DNA of 64,000 nt. Origin: Coniocarpon cinnabarinum. Its lineage: Eukaryota. The translations under genes were made by a program, and so were the position numbers. The stretch is from positions 124,001 through 188,000 of the forward strand of contig JAVECO010000019.1 in the NCBI GenBank assembly GCA_051942205.1, given 5' to 3'. The notes beneath the pieces are model-generated. The model had not been told where the DNA came from. It made no database searches and worked only from the letters and a program-made list of their open reading frames with translations. Below are positions 12,087 to 24,432 of the stretch, piece by piece. How positions within the stretch are numbered: the first letter of the stretch is position 1; each line of letters begins with the position of its first letter.

Positions 12087-13280
12087 ATGGCTGCCAATCC
12101 GCGGCGGACCGCCTCGTCGCCATACCACGCCTCTACCCCATCTGCTGCACACCCTCCTCGCTACACCGGCGCCCACAGCAACAGCAGCGCCTTCAGCAAA
12201 AACGCACAGCCCAACGAGGACTGGACCCAAGTATCCGACCTCGCCGAGCGCCGCCGAATCCAAAATCGCATTGCCCAACGCAATTACCGTAAGTGCATCC
12301 TTTGCCGTTCCTTTGCGATCCGAAGCGAAATCCTTCCCACCCATCCCGCACCCAGAAGACCGTCCCAATTGTGCGTGTGTTGTTAACGGTCGTGCTGTGC
12401 AGGCCAAAAGCTTAAACGTCGGCTTGAGGAGCTCGAACGTGGTTCTGTGTCGCCGACCGGCAGCCCGGAGCGGAGCCCCAGTCGCGAAGTGGAGCAATCT
12501 GCGAGCAAAGCCACCACCGCCCGTCGAAGACGCACCCTGGAGCAGCCGTCGAATTCTTCCACGCGCGGCGGCTTCGACGTCCAGCATCTCAACCTCTTCG
12601 GTCAGGCCTATGACCAAAATGATTCTCGCATGCTCGGGTACCAATTTTGCGCGCAACCCTCTCCCCCGCCGCCACCTTCCCCTCCTCTGCCGGACTCCAC
12701 GGCCTACACGGGTCTGGAACAGTCACGATTTTCCATGCAGGGCGCTCAGCAGGCGTCTCCGTGGGCGACTTCATCCTACCAACCTGGCTACTACGCCACG
12801 CACCCCTCCACGACAGCTGCCAGCAGCTATCCCAGTTCGTATACGTACTCACCGAATCTGTCATCGACCAGCACACCGGCCTCGCGTACCGAGCCTCAGT
12901 ATTGGTCGAGGAATAGCCACGACGAAGGGTGGGGCTCCAGTTGGTCGTCGGCGCAGAGCGAGCTGCATGCACCGACGCATGTGTCATCTTGGCAGCACGA
13001 CAGTGCGTCGTGGCCCGAGCACTATCATCATGTAAATCAACCCCAGAGCAGTCACGTCAGGTGATCAGCGTTCCTTTTCTCCTCTTCTCTGATGTACGTT
13101 CCTGCATGCCTTGCAGCAAGAGGCTAATCAGCTCATTCGATACAGGCTACCAAGGTCACCGAGGAGACGCTCTTCAACTGGGGACATCCTGATCATCTCC
13201 CGACGCCGCCGCATTCGGCAGATTTGATCGATCCGATGATCAACCCCTTTGACGAATTTTTAAACATCGAAGCCAAGTGA
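12087..13280 (+). CDS. bZIP transcription factor (Ada-1/Zif1-like fungal clade); exons 12087-12288, 12403-13031, 13146-13280
   Basis: SAFSKNAQPNEDWTQVSDLAERRRIQNRIAQRNYR|QKLKRRLEELER joins across GTAAGT...TTAAC...CAG (12289-12402). The second intron 13032-13145 (GTAAAT...CTAAT...CAG) is less certain; if retained, the stop is at 13064. Confidence 0.85.
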
Positions 13281-13552
13281 TTGGGAAGCTTGCTGCATTG
13301 GTATCGGGCGTTTTGTCTTAGCATGGGCACTTAATGTGGAGAGGATCGTCAGTATTACCCATGTACGATGTACAATGAATCTGCATATACGAGCGCAGGG
13401 CTCCGTCAGCATCATCACACGCGATTTGGATGTTGCATCTAGTATGAATAAATCGACACGTTCGAGACACGTGACCATGTGATGTTATCTTCTCCAGACC
13501 CCTATGTAGCAATGTAGCAGCAGTGGCGCTTCCAGCTGGCTGCTCCTGTGAA

Positions 13553-15455
13553 TTAGGTTGCCCTGGCGCAGACGACGATAGTGGCGTGGGGACCCTCCAC
13601 CCACGTGTCGAGCGACCGCGTAAGCGGTGTGAGCACCTGCCTAGAACGCTGCATCAGGATAGCTCGAAAGTCGCCTCGATGAGCCCGGCCATTGGTGATG
13701 CCGTCATCATCACTGCCCTCCGAAGATAGATCTGACTCAGCCCCGTCAGGCCAGGTGTCATCGCCGGGACACTCCAATTCGAGTTGCAGAGCCAGCGGAC
13801 GCAGGCCATAGTGGCGGGCGACCGAGCCCGTCAGCTTGTAGATGGTGTAACTGCGCGGGATCTCACAGTCCCACGTCTGGCGCGTTTGCGGATCGCGCCC
13901 GGCCACGGCTGTTGATTGGGCTGGGGAGCTGTTGGGCGTCGAGACCGCCGATACGTCCAGGCTATCGTCGATCTTGAAGGAGACGGTAGCCAGCGCGGCA
14001 GCTAGAGAGCGAGGATCCACGTGGGATGGGGGCGTCGCACTGGTGGCGGTCGTGTCTAATTGGCCGTACAGTCGGCAGAGAGCCGAATATCGCGGATGGC
14101 GGCGGATGATTTGAGGAGCTGCGTGTCCCGCCGCCAGTGAGAGTTCTGCTCGGATTTGTGACAAATAGTAGAGTTCTGCGTCGAGGCGGTCTCTGGGAGA
14201 AATGGAGCTGAAATTTAATCGTGTCAGTTGGCTGAGGCGCGCCACGGTCAGCATGTATCCATCGTCTGGCGTGAGGGGCTGTCCATCGGCTGCTCGTAGA
14301 GAGTCGTAAAGCGGGTTGTGCGACACGCGCAGAGAGGTCAGGCCAGGAAACAGGCTGTCGAGGCCGTCGATCAGCGACCAATCCTCGATCGAGCAGTAAG
14401 GCAAATTGAGCTCCACCAGGGATGCAGGAAAGGCAGACGAATGGCTGTCGTCCAATGAAGTGACCTTTCCAGACGCGCTAGTTATGGGGTTTTCTCCTAG
14501 GCTTAAGCACTGGAGATCGGCAAGGTTTTTGACCACGCCGATGGCTTCCAGACTGGTAAATTTATTCCGTTCCAGACTCAGATTCGTCAAGCCCGCTGGG
14601 AGAACAGCATCGGTGAGTTCAGTATACTCGTTGCCACTGGCAGACAGTGTGACGAGCGACGGGAAGGCGCTCGCCAAGCTGGCAACCTCTTCCCATCGCA
14701 ACAGGGTGTCATTTAGTGATAGGCTCTTAAGGGACGTGAACGGCCGCGTCTGGAAGTGATGTTCGTCAAGGCCAGGGTCAAGATTGGCCAGTCGATTTCC
14801 ATCCAGGCGAAGACTAGTGAGTCGTGTTAATTGCTGGCAAATATCCATTATTTCGCTTAGTACTTCGAACATATTCCGGCTTAAATCCAGCTCCTGGACT
14901 CGTGGCAAGGCCTCCGCAATGGCTTTCTGCTTTCCGTTCTTATATGCATCAGCTTCTGAGTTTTGAATGCAAAGTCCATCAACAACTACGATACGTAATT
15001 CCTTGAAGTCGGCATGTTGCCTGCGAATTCTATCGAATCCGACTTCCTCGACTTCCTTTCCGCTGATGTGAATAGCGTGGTTTTTGTCATTACTGGCATT
15101 TGCGGTTGAGTCGTCAGGGATATCAGAGGCGTATTTGTGCTTGACTGCCTCCAGTAGGTTCCTGGGTGGATCAGCAGGCCGTGACGGCCTCACAAAAGAT
15201 GTTGGTGTGGGATGGCTGCTGGCGCCTATCTATCTGTGTATTGAGCTTTCTTCCAGCAAATTCAGCAGTATCAGCAGCCTCACATTTGAAATACTTCATT
15301 CCATTGTAGAATCCAGCATGTTTGCCGCGTTGACCGTCATCCCACTCCACGCCCAACCAAGACCCGCTAGTTCCTTGGACGGGTCCAATGTAGCGTATCG
15401 TGCACAGGTGGCCGTAGTACGATCGTCTTTGATTTATGTGATGGCCATCAGCCAT
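13553..15455 (-). CDS. TBCE: Tubulin-specific chaperone E (CAP-Gly + LRR + UBL-like); intron 15226-15283
   Basis: CAP-Gly motif WLGVEWDDGQRGKHAG...KYFKC, EVEEVGFDRIRRQ, multiple LRRs (LDLSRN, LRLDGNRL, LSLERNKF), and RDRLDAELYYL. Confidence 0.92.
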
Positions 15456-15763
15456 AATTCTGCTTAAATATTGCTTGCCTGAGAATATTTTCTGCAGTCA
15501 AATTCCTCCACGATGCACGTGAGTTTCAAGGACATGTTAGCTGCCCGGCAAGACGCTTGTCATGGATCGAGTTGCCGCCCCATGCCCCGCAGGACCACGG
15601 TCTAAACACATTTCAAAACCACGTCGCTGTGTTCTGCAACTTTTCGTAATGGACTCTTCACTTCTACAAGCTCTGCTGTCTCATCCTTGCAGGAATTTCG
15701 CAAGCAGAGGCGAGGCCACGAACAGACTAGGCAGGGTTTTCGGCCGTCTTTTGAAAATAAGCC

Positions 15764-16492
15764 ATGGGACGTGAAGAGCAACGAGAAGAGCGAGACGTGC
15801 TGGAGAGCATATTCCCCGGGGAGATCAGTGATATTTCAGAGACAGAGTGGCGCGTGACTATCAGACTGGAACTTCCCGACGGAGTCATACCATCAGCCGA
15901 GGAAGATAACGATGACACTCAGCTTACCGTGATGCTGAGAGTATCACTGCCTGAGAAGTACCCTGAAAGTGCCCCAGATCTCGACCTCGCGCTCCCTCCC
16001 AATGCTCCACGCATACCTCATCTAGACATCTCTTCCGACAAAGCGTTGCTGCTGCAGGATCTGGACCCGACTGTCGAGGAGAATCTGGGCATGGCCATGA
16101 TCTTCACTCTGGTATCAACCCTGAAGGAATCGATCGAGAACTTGATCACCGACCGAGCTCAACGTGGGGAGCGCGAGAGAGAAGAAGAGATGCTGAAGGC
16201 AGAAGAGGAAGAGAATAGAAAGTTCGAAGGCGAAAAAGTCACCGCTGAACGATTTTTAGCATGGCGAGAAGCATTCCGAAAGGAGATGCAAGAAGCAGAA
16301 GACAAGCGCAAAGAAGCTGAGAGGGCTGAAACAGTGAAAAGGCTCGGAGCAAAAGCAGTCAGAGATGAAGAGAAGAAGTTGACTGGCAAGGAGCTTTGGC
16401 TTAGAGGGTTGGCTGGAAAAGGCGAGGACGAGGATGACGACGACGACGTTGATGGCCTCTCGCAAAGCATGGATAAAACTGATGTGAAGTGA
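15764..16492 (+). CDS. GIR2: RWD-domain protein (GIR2/RWDD1-like), divergent from TBCE
   Basis: EEQREERDVLESIFP, LPEKYPESAP, EENLGMAMIFTLVSTLKE, KFEGEKVTAERFLAWR, KKLTGKELW. Confidence 0.92.
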   Translation: MGREEQREERDVLESIFPGEISDISETEWRVTIRLELPDGVIPSAEEDNDDTQLTVMLRVSLPEKYPESAPDLDLALPPNAPRIPHLDISSDKALLLQDLDPTVEENLGMAMIFTLVSTLKESIENLITDRAQRGEREREEEMLKAEEEENRKFEGEKVTAERFLAWREAFRKEMQEAEDKRKEAERAETVKRLGAKAVRDEEKKLTGKELWLRGLAGKGEDEDDDDDVDGLSQSMDKTDVK

Positions 16493-17099
16493 TAACATCG
16501 TGAGCAAGGGAATTTCGGCTGAGAGCAGGGTGCTTCAGCATTGCTCTTTGCTTTGGTTCTGGCAGGTAGGCAAGACTTCTGCTCACGTCGTCTAACAAAA
16601 CTTCTCAAGAATTTCCAAATGCTTGCGTATCTGGAAGCAAACATTCATGGCTAGCTCTTCCCATGACGCTCACTCTTGGGAAAGCACTGCGCGGCTCACT
16701 CTATATGCGGCGGAAAGTACATGTTACTGCTCTTCCGCATCGCCGCACTTCCCGCTGTGCGCCGCCGTTGTAATCAACGGAATCTGATGTATCTAAGCGA
16801 GGTCGCCATCTCGGCTAGCTTTCCCTGCAGCGCAACCAGCACGGGAATGCATCACATGTCAACATATCGTTGGGTGGTTGCCTCAACGGCACTGCAGAGA
16901 TCCACGTGGGACCCACGATCGCGTCTGCTCGTCACGACGATCGCATTTGTGACCGTCAGCAAAGGGTCATGCATGGATGGGAATCCACCGTCATGGCAAG
17001 CCAGAGCAGCAAGAATATGTGATCATCAAAAATGCGGTGTGTAACGACAGCTTGGCGTGTCAAGATCGTCGGAACTGTCATGTCGCCCACCTGCAGACT

Positions 17100-17801
17100 T
17101 CACATCCTTGGTCCCAGCCCAGGCACACCCACATACCTCTCATCCCTCTCTGTGCGAAACATGATCTGGACCCAAAACTCTTTGCTATCCTCATCAAACC
17201 AATCCCATTGTCTTTCTCTCTCAACGTCCCGGGCCTCCAGCTTGAAAGCACATGTCTCGTACGGTTCTGCAGCCACCAGCAGGTACTGGTAACTCTTGTC
17301 TGGCTCCTCAATCTTCTGCTCCCAAGCACTCATAAACCGAATGCGGGGTTTTACGTCTTTTCCAATCTCCGGATATTGTAGATGAAACAACAGACCTTGT
17401 TGTTTTGACACCGGATCTCTCACTTTGTTAATCTTGTAACCAGGTCGTCCAATCTTCATGGCGTTCTTTTTCACTTGCACGCCCGCCATGAGACCCTGAT
17501 TGAGCCTGTCCTCCCGGTTTTTCCCTTCTCGCTCTTCTCTCGCCGCTCGACGCGCTAGATTCGTCTGGTGCTTCCGCCCCTGTGTGTGTGCAAGGTACGA
17601 TCCATCGTTCTGATGGACTGTCAGACAAAGCCGGCACTCAAAGCTGCCAACGTGATTCTTGAAGAAGTATGGGTCCTTGTCGAGGTCGATGGTTTCGAGC
17701 GCAAGCTTCCGTAGTCGTTCGCGTCTATCAGCATTAGTTGCAGATTGAGAGGCAACACCGCCCCCTCCGAACTTGCTGCCAGCGCGATTTTGGTAGTCCA
17801 T
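17100..17801 (-). CDS. PRP11: U2 snRNP splicing factor 3A subunit 2 (SF3A2/Sap62/Prp11)
   Basis: MDYQNRAGSKFGGGG, RRERLRKLALETIDLDKDPY, matrin-type Zn finger CRLCLTVHQNDGSYLAHTQGRKH, IGRPGYK, AAEPYET. Confidence 0.97.
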   Translation of the reverse strand: MDYQNRAGSKFGGGGVASQSATNADRRERLRKLALETIDLDKDPYFFKNHVGSFECRLCLTVHQNDGSYLAHTQGRKHQTNLARRAAREEREGKNREDRLNQGLMAGVQVKKNAMKIGRPGYKINKVRDPVSKQQGLLFHLQYPEIGKDVKPRIRFMSAWEQKIEEPDKSYQYLLVAAEPYETCAFKLEARDVERERQWDWFDEDSKEFWVQIMFRTERDERYVGVPGLGPRM

Positions 17802-18308
17802 GTTGCGTTGTTTAGGCGAAAAAGACGTTCAGAAGAGAATATTGACGGTCTATGATGGTCGCTACACGGCAGGGTAATACTGCTTTGACTTGTGACAATC
17901 TTTGGAACCCGTTCACAGGGTCATATTGGAATAGTGGATGTTGAGAGGGTAATGGTCGACGGAAATCGATCGCGAGGGTTTCGAAAGACGCAGGGAGGCT
18001 ATGTGAGCACCTGACACATCATCCGAGAGGTGTGATCTGGTCTACAAGGGGGACCCAAAATACTTGCAGCAAATTGCGAGAGCTTCTCATCGCGATTAGA
18101 AAAATGCTGGCTCGATGGGATACTCGAGTATTGAATTATAGTCACCCTGCCGATTGATGCGGCTGCGGAATTGCTCCGCACGCGTGATGTGCTTCGTCGT
18201 GTGCCTACCTCTTTGACATTCAATCGCCTTAGATCTTCACTATCACACGATATTTCCCAACATTCACGATCTTGGATTCTCAGAGACTAAGTTGAGCCTC
18301 TACCAAAC

Positions 18309-18804
18309 ATGTCCGGTGCCTCAACCTCCCAAAATCCGGACACGTCCAAAGCTACAACCGACGACTCCTCAGCGACGCCATCAGCACTGCAGCAGCAGCA
18401 ACAAAAACAGCCGGCACAGCTTGAAGAAGACGATGAATTTGAAGACTTTCCAGTCGAAGGTATGGATTCATCCATGTCATAGAGCAACGTCCCGATCGGG
18501 GCACCATATCTCCTTGTGCCATCCCACTCGTTCGATGCCGCGAGACTGCGAGCAGACCATCTCTGACTGAAGCCCTTCTACGATGTTCATCCCGGCTTCC
18601 CCCCCGCTTTTCGAATGTATGAATGGAGTTTAGCTGACAGACCCAGACTGGCCGACAGATACCACAACCGCTCACAACGAGGGAAACGCGCACCTGTGGG
18701 AAGAGAGCTGGGACGATGACGACACCAACGACGACTTTGCGGTGATGCTAAAGGAGGAGCTGAGAAAAGTGGGAGAGAAGCGAGGCGACCAGACGAAGAG
18801 ATAG
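18309..18804 (+). CDS. SEM1: 26S proteasome / TREX-2 subunit Sem1/Dss1; exons 18309-18459, 18647-18804
   Basis: LEEDDEFEDFPVE|DW...HLWEESWDDDDTNDDFAVMLKEEL joins across a GTATGG...GCTGAC...CAG intron. The ORF track misses this gene. Confidence 0.93.
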
Positions 18805-19714
18805 TAGGTCTAGAGAAACGATTGGAGACGACATCCAACATGGACCAGCCGTGACAATTTTGGGCGTGGGGATAGAGTTTTCCTCAGCATGAGCTACGAA
18901 TGGCCGAGGACAGTCATAATCAAAGTCCAGGAGGGATGCTGTGTCACGGCTGTGTAGGACGTACGTTGTGCCTCCTTGCATGTGGCCATGTGAAGGCACC
19001 TCGGTCGCTCCAACGCGGTGTTAGCAGATCTTCGACGACCAGGCAAGAACCACATCGTGAACGAACAACCTGCAACCGACGCGCATCGAGCTCAAGCGGC
19101 CGATTGATAGCTTGTCATGTAGTCAAACGTGAGGCGTGTGCCCACCCCGCTCCGCTGTGAGAGCGGAGAGCTGGGGGATGCTGGGATGCTGGCAAGCTGG
19201 CGGGACTAATGAGGCGTAGTCAGGTACCGTGGTCACTCGACTGAATCATCCTCTGCATGCACGTGGAGTCGTTGTACTTCAAGATTGGCTGTCGTCCGTC
19301 TTCACTTGCAAACCTTCCCCTTCACTTCCTTGTGGCGCCGACCTGTCGAGGACAAAGCGCTGTGAGAGTGCGCTGGTGACCGACCCAACGTCTGCACGCG
19401 ACCCTTCCTACACGTCAGCCGCACACCGCACTTCGCCGCTATGGCCCTTCAAACATTCCATTGCCCTCCATCCCCAATTCCTGCTTGCAACTACTTTATC
19501 CTCGTGTTCCTATCCTGTATTGTGGTCAATCTCCCTCCGTGACGTGTTCATGACGGCTCGACCCAGCCTTTTAACCGATGACGCTCTGACAGCCTTGCGG
19601 TAGCCTTGGGGGGTCTCTCAAGATATTTTTGAGGCGTAGTCGGGTCTCACAATCTCGTTGACTTGTCACAACGTGCAGAGGAGAATGTGAGCTTCCATCA
19701 AAAGGCTCAGCAAG

Positions 19715-21934
19715 ATGCTGTTCCAATCTGTGCTCCAATCCACGCTTCTGGCCAGCTTCGCCGCCTCCCTTCCGACGTCACAGCATGGAGATGACCAGTC
19801 TCCTCTGCTCCTCAATGCAAAGCCTTCCTCCCACAAGTTAACAGGAAACTTCCTGCACATTACCGGTGCGCAATGCCTTTGTGAAACTCTACTATGCTCT
19901 ACATAGGCACTGACCTTGCTCCCTCCAGACCTCCACCCCGATCCCTTCTACGTTACAGGCAGCGACCCTTCGCAAGCATGTCACCAAGGACATGGCTCTG
20001 CTGGCCCTCTCGGCGCGGAGAAGACCGACTGCGACTCCCCCATCTCCCTGGTCAACGCCGCCTTTGACTGGCTCGCCCACAATCTCGCCGACAAGATCGA
20101 CTTCGTAATATGGACCGGCGACTCCGCGCGTCACGATAACGACGATAGACACTTCCCCCGCAACAAATCGCAAGTCTTGAGCCAGAACAGGTTTCTCGTC
20201 GAGAAGTTTCGAGAGGTCTGGGGAAAAGAGGGTGCTGAGGGGGCAAATGGGGAATTCAAGATCCCAATCGTGCCGAATCTGGGGAACAACGACATCCTGC
20301 CTCACAACATCTTCGCGGCAGGACCCAATTCTTGGACGCACGACTACTTGCAGATCTGGAAACGCCTGATACCCGAACCGCAACGACATTCCTTTGCGAG
20401 GGGTGGGTGGTACTTTGTTGAGGTTGTGCCGAACCGCCTCGCCGTCTTTAGCTTGAACACGCTCTACTTCTTTGGAAACAACTATTTGGTTGATGGATGC
20501 GATGACAAGGACGAACCAGGTTATCAGCAATTCGAATGGCTGAGAGTTCAACTTCAGATGTTAAGGGAGAGAGGCGTGAAGGCGATTCTGACGGGACATG
20601 TTCCGCCTGCGCGAAACGAAGAGAAGGAAATGTGGACGGACAGCTGCTGGATGAAGTATGCACTCTGGCTGCAGCAATATCGCGATGTCATCACCGGCAG
20701 TGCGTGGGGCCATATGAACGTCGAGCACTTCTTCCTGCAGGACTTCAACGAGATTATGTGGGAAGCAAATGCGGACACCTCAGTCGACGAAGACGAGCTG
20801 TCTGAACTTCAAGATGTGACTCAGGTCAGCTCAGCAACCGAGCTTCGACGACGCTCCAGCTCCGACGACCTCGAAGCCCAAGTCAAGCCTCCTAACTACC
20901 TCAACGCACTCCGCGAACAGTGGTCGGCTCTCCCCTCGTCTCCAGCACCCATCAGCAATCCCTCAAAACCCAGCAAGAAAACGCCCGAAGACCGCTACCA
21001 AGACGCCATCGGTGGCGAGCACGCCGAGCGCTTCGCCATGTCTTTCGTCTCCGCAAGCGTCGTGCCCAACTTCTATCCGACCTTGCGCTTGTTCAAGTAC
21101 AACATCACTGGTCTGGAAGACGCGTCTGTGCAGACCGCAGAAGACATGTTATCATCTGCATCACCCGGCAAGAATGTCGATTCGAGCTATCTGGAGAACT
21201 GGAATGACATTGACGCACAAGTGCAGCTCCAGGAAGCCGACGCAGCCAAGAAGAAGAAAAAGCACAAAAAGAAACACAAGCCGCACAAAGGCAAGAAGCT
21301 GAAACCTCACTTCCCGGTCCCAGCGGCGCCTTCGTCAACGTCTCCTCCTGGACCTGCATATTCGCAGCAAGCGCTCAGCTGGCTCGGGTATACGCAGCTC
21401 TTCGCAAACCTCACGCATATTCAGCGGAATCACTCGGATCCCGGGAGACTGAGGGAGTTTCAGTTCGAGGTTGAGTATAGCACCCTGGATGATGACGACG
21501 TGTACGGCTTGTCGCCTGCAGAGGGTGACGGGGTTCACGGCGGAATCACCGTCAGGAATTTATTGGAACTAGCCGGAAAGATTGGGAGTTATCATCCTGA
21601 AAAGAACGATCTGTTGGAATTGGAGCGTGAAGAGTTTGATGAGCAGACTGTCGATTCTGAACTTGACAGAGAGGAGAATGACGACGAGGCGGACGAGGCG
21701 GACGAGGATGAAGAAGACAATGACGAAGAGAGTGACAATGAAGATGACATTGCAATCTCGAAAAAGAAAAAAGGCAAAAAGGGAAAGAAAGACAAGAAAC
21801 ACAAACGCAAGAAGGAGCGCAGGAAAATCATCAATAAAACTTGGTATGCGTTTGTGGATCGGGCATTAGTCGGGACGGTGCCGGCGGAGGAGTTGCATAA
21901 GGAGTTTGGGCAGGTCATCAAGAATCGAGATTAG
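19715..21934 (+). CDS. PPN1: Endopolyphosphatase (calcineurin-like metallophosphoesterase); intron 19866-19928
   Basis: KLTGNFLHIT|DLHPDPFY, CDSP, WTGDSARHDND, GNNDILPHN, GHVPP, GHMNVEHF, SVVPNFYPTLR. Hydrophobic N-terminus. Confidence 0.93.
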
Positions 21935-22280
21935 ATTAGATTCTGATTACGAATTGACGAAATAGCATTCATGGATTGAAATCGAGTCCAGTGATATTTT
22001 TACGAATTTCTAATTGCTTGCGTCCCTTGTTCACAATACGATTCGTGTTCTCAACAAGATGGGGCGAGGATGCTTCAGAATTAAATTCATGCGATGATGT
22101 GATGTACAGTTGTTTTTTGGCAACACGGTGATATCACAGGCATAATAATGACACAAGAAGCTAAGATCGGGCAGTTGCTCACATTAGATTCTGCTGCGTT
22201 TTGGACATTTTAGTGCATATACATTGAGTGCATGTACATTTTACATTTCAGTGCATGTACAATTCAATGCAAGTGAATTG

Positions 22281-22405
22281 CAATTTAACCCAAGTACAAT
22301 TCAACCTGAGCATAATCCAACCCGGACACAGTTTCATCCGAGTACAGTTGTATACGAGTACAATCGTACACGAGCAAACCTCCCCAAGTCCAATCCACTC
22401 GACAA
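22281..22405. repeat. Degenerate 16-nt minisatellite (about 7 copies)
   Basis: CAATTTAACCCAAGTA / CAATTCAACCTGAGCA / TAATCCAACCCGGACA / CAGTTTCATCCGAGTA / CAGTTGTATACGAGTA / CAATCGTACACGAGCA. Confidence 0.7.
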
Positions 22406-22797
22406 GACACTGCCTCGAAGTTCGTAGTCTTGAAACGCACGGAATATCAGAGGCTATGCAAGATGCAATGTCCTTGGGTCGCATGAGATACAAGTGGCCA
22501 CCTATAGATACACACGACATACGTGTAACTTGTGAATTAGTGCCGAATGAAGGCATGAGCTCAACTCGTCTCGACGAGTATGTCGGTTCCAAATTTGATT
22601 CCATCTTGATATTGAATCTTTAACTGAATCTTTCATTCGAAATTCTGATTTGCGAGCGCAAGTTTGACGTTTCGTTCGGAATATAGGCCTTGAGTGATCA
22701 TCTCCTTGCGACGTTTAATTCAAAGACGCAATGCCAGACTTCTAGGCGCTCTTTGAAGCCATTATTCACAACCACAATTCAAAAGCTCTATTTCGGC

Positions 22798-23167
22798 CAG
22801 TATAGTTAGTGGTTCGGTTCGGTTCCGTTCGGTTGTAATTTAGTATCGTGCACTACCACTATTCAAAAAAAAGATGAACCTAACTACAACTTATAAACTA
22901 GTAGCAACCAGTTTATTAGTAGTTATAGCTAAGATAAGTAAGTATAAAAAAGAAAGGTATAGTAGGTTAGTATTAGAATAGCTACTCTACTAAGATATTA
23001 CGCGTATTACTTTAAGAGATATTTACTAGGCCTAATATCTATACGTATATCTACGCGTATCTATGCCTATATCTACTTGTACTATAGCTAAATAGTGATG
23101 GAACCTAATTACTAAAGGAATAGTTAACTACAACCAATGATTAAAAACTGAACTACTGATTATACTA
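22798..23167. mobile_element. RIP-degraded non-autonomous TIR element (MITE, possibly hAT-related)
   Basis: Left CAGTATAGTTAGTGGTTCGGTT (22798-22819) versus the reverse complement of 23146-23167, TAGTATAATCAGTAGTTCAGTT: 17/22 identical, all differences transitions. The interior is AT- and TpA-rich. Flanks ATTTCGGC / GTTCCGGA may be a decayed 8-bp TSD. Confidence 0.6.
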
Positions 23168-23199
23168 GTTCCGGAATTACAACTCGAAACTGGTTTGGA

Positions 23200-23820
23200 A
23201 CGTTATTCCAAATCGCATCTCAAAGACTCGACTCAAGTCTCAATTCAAAGCTCAATTCGAACGCCCATCTATCCTCAATTTAGCGCCTCGACTGAATCCT
23301 CAATGTAGCACTGTCAATCAGTTAATCAATGCTGTCAATTAACACTGTCAATCCAAGCCCTCAATCCAAACCTCTAAGGCAGCCCCTCAATTCAAAATTC
23401 CAGATCCCACCTTGAATTCAAAACCTTCTATTCAAAACCTTGAATCCAAAACCTTCTATTCAAAACCTCTATTCAAAATCACAAATCACAAATCAATATT
23501 ACAAATCAAAAATCATAAATCAAAATCACAAATCAAAATCACAAATCAAAATCACAAATCAAAATCATAAATCAAAATCACAAATTAAAATTATAATTCG
23601 AAATCACAAATCAAAATCATAAATCAAAACCTCAATTCAGAATCACAAATCAAAATCACAAATCAAACCCTCAATTCAAAACCTCCGATTAACAAACGCT
23701 CCGATTAACAAACGACTCTTCAAACTAACACCCAACGTAATAGACTACTCCTAACTTAATACCAATCCCCAAACTGCCATTCCACAAACCGCCATTCCAC
23801 GAACTGCCATTCCCTAAACC
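23200..23820. repeat. A/C-rich compound minisatellite field (13-nt CAAAATCACAAAT array plus 14-16-nt duplications)
   Basis: Near-perfect 13-mer array at about 23473-23665, CTCCGATTAACAAACG x2 (23683-23714), AAACTGCCATTCCAC x3 (23771-23815), and degenerate CTCAATTCAAA units upstream. Confidence 0.85.
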
Positions 23821-24176
23821 GTGATTTAGAGACCTTCTTGTAAGCCAAAGATCGATGCGGTAAAGATCATGTAGGCGTTGGAGTATGTAGGCGTTAATCT
23901 GAGTCTACATTATACAATAAAGATCAGCTGGCACAATGCTTACATCGCTGAGTAGGCTTGGATGTTTAAATAAAAGGTCACGTCGCTGACTGACCGATAC
24001 CTGCGGCATTGCTCAACAAAAAGGGGTTTTAATGATTGAAGCCATCTATTACGGATATTATAGTTGGCGCGGCGGTGTGGTTTCCAATCCGGAGAAAGTG
24101 AAATGGAGAAAGTTAACACGCCGTCGTCGGCGTGCGCTCAATTGTACATGTCTCGTAGACTCATTCGACACTTCGC

Positions 24177-24242
24177 ATCATCTCATCTCATCTCCTCACC
24201 TCACCTCACCTCACCTCGCCTTACCTCACCTCACCACACCTC
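24177..24242. repeat. (CTCAT/CTCAC)n pentanucleotide microsatellite downstream of KIN1
   Basis: Direct reading. Confidence 0.8.
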
Positions 24243-24432
24243 TATTCAACCTCACACCAAACTGCAAACCTCCCCTTCCCCATTTATCTTCCAAACCCCG
24301 ACTCATCCGCCATCAGCCTCCAACTCATCCTCCGCCGTTCATCGCAAGTCGCACGAATCCCTAGCTCCGTCAGCAGCCACGCACCACCAAGCTGCAGCCT
24401 CTTCCCTCCCGTTTTGAACCAATCAGCCTCCA

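Noticed and set aside
12049..13035. 328-aa ORF overlapping the bZIP gene
   Set aside because: It is an alternative frame running through the intron. The spliced bZIP frame explains the locus.
23473..23665. Repeat array as CRISPR or telomeric repeat
   Set aside because: Eukaryotic context, no unique spacers, and not TTAGGG-like.
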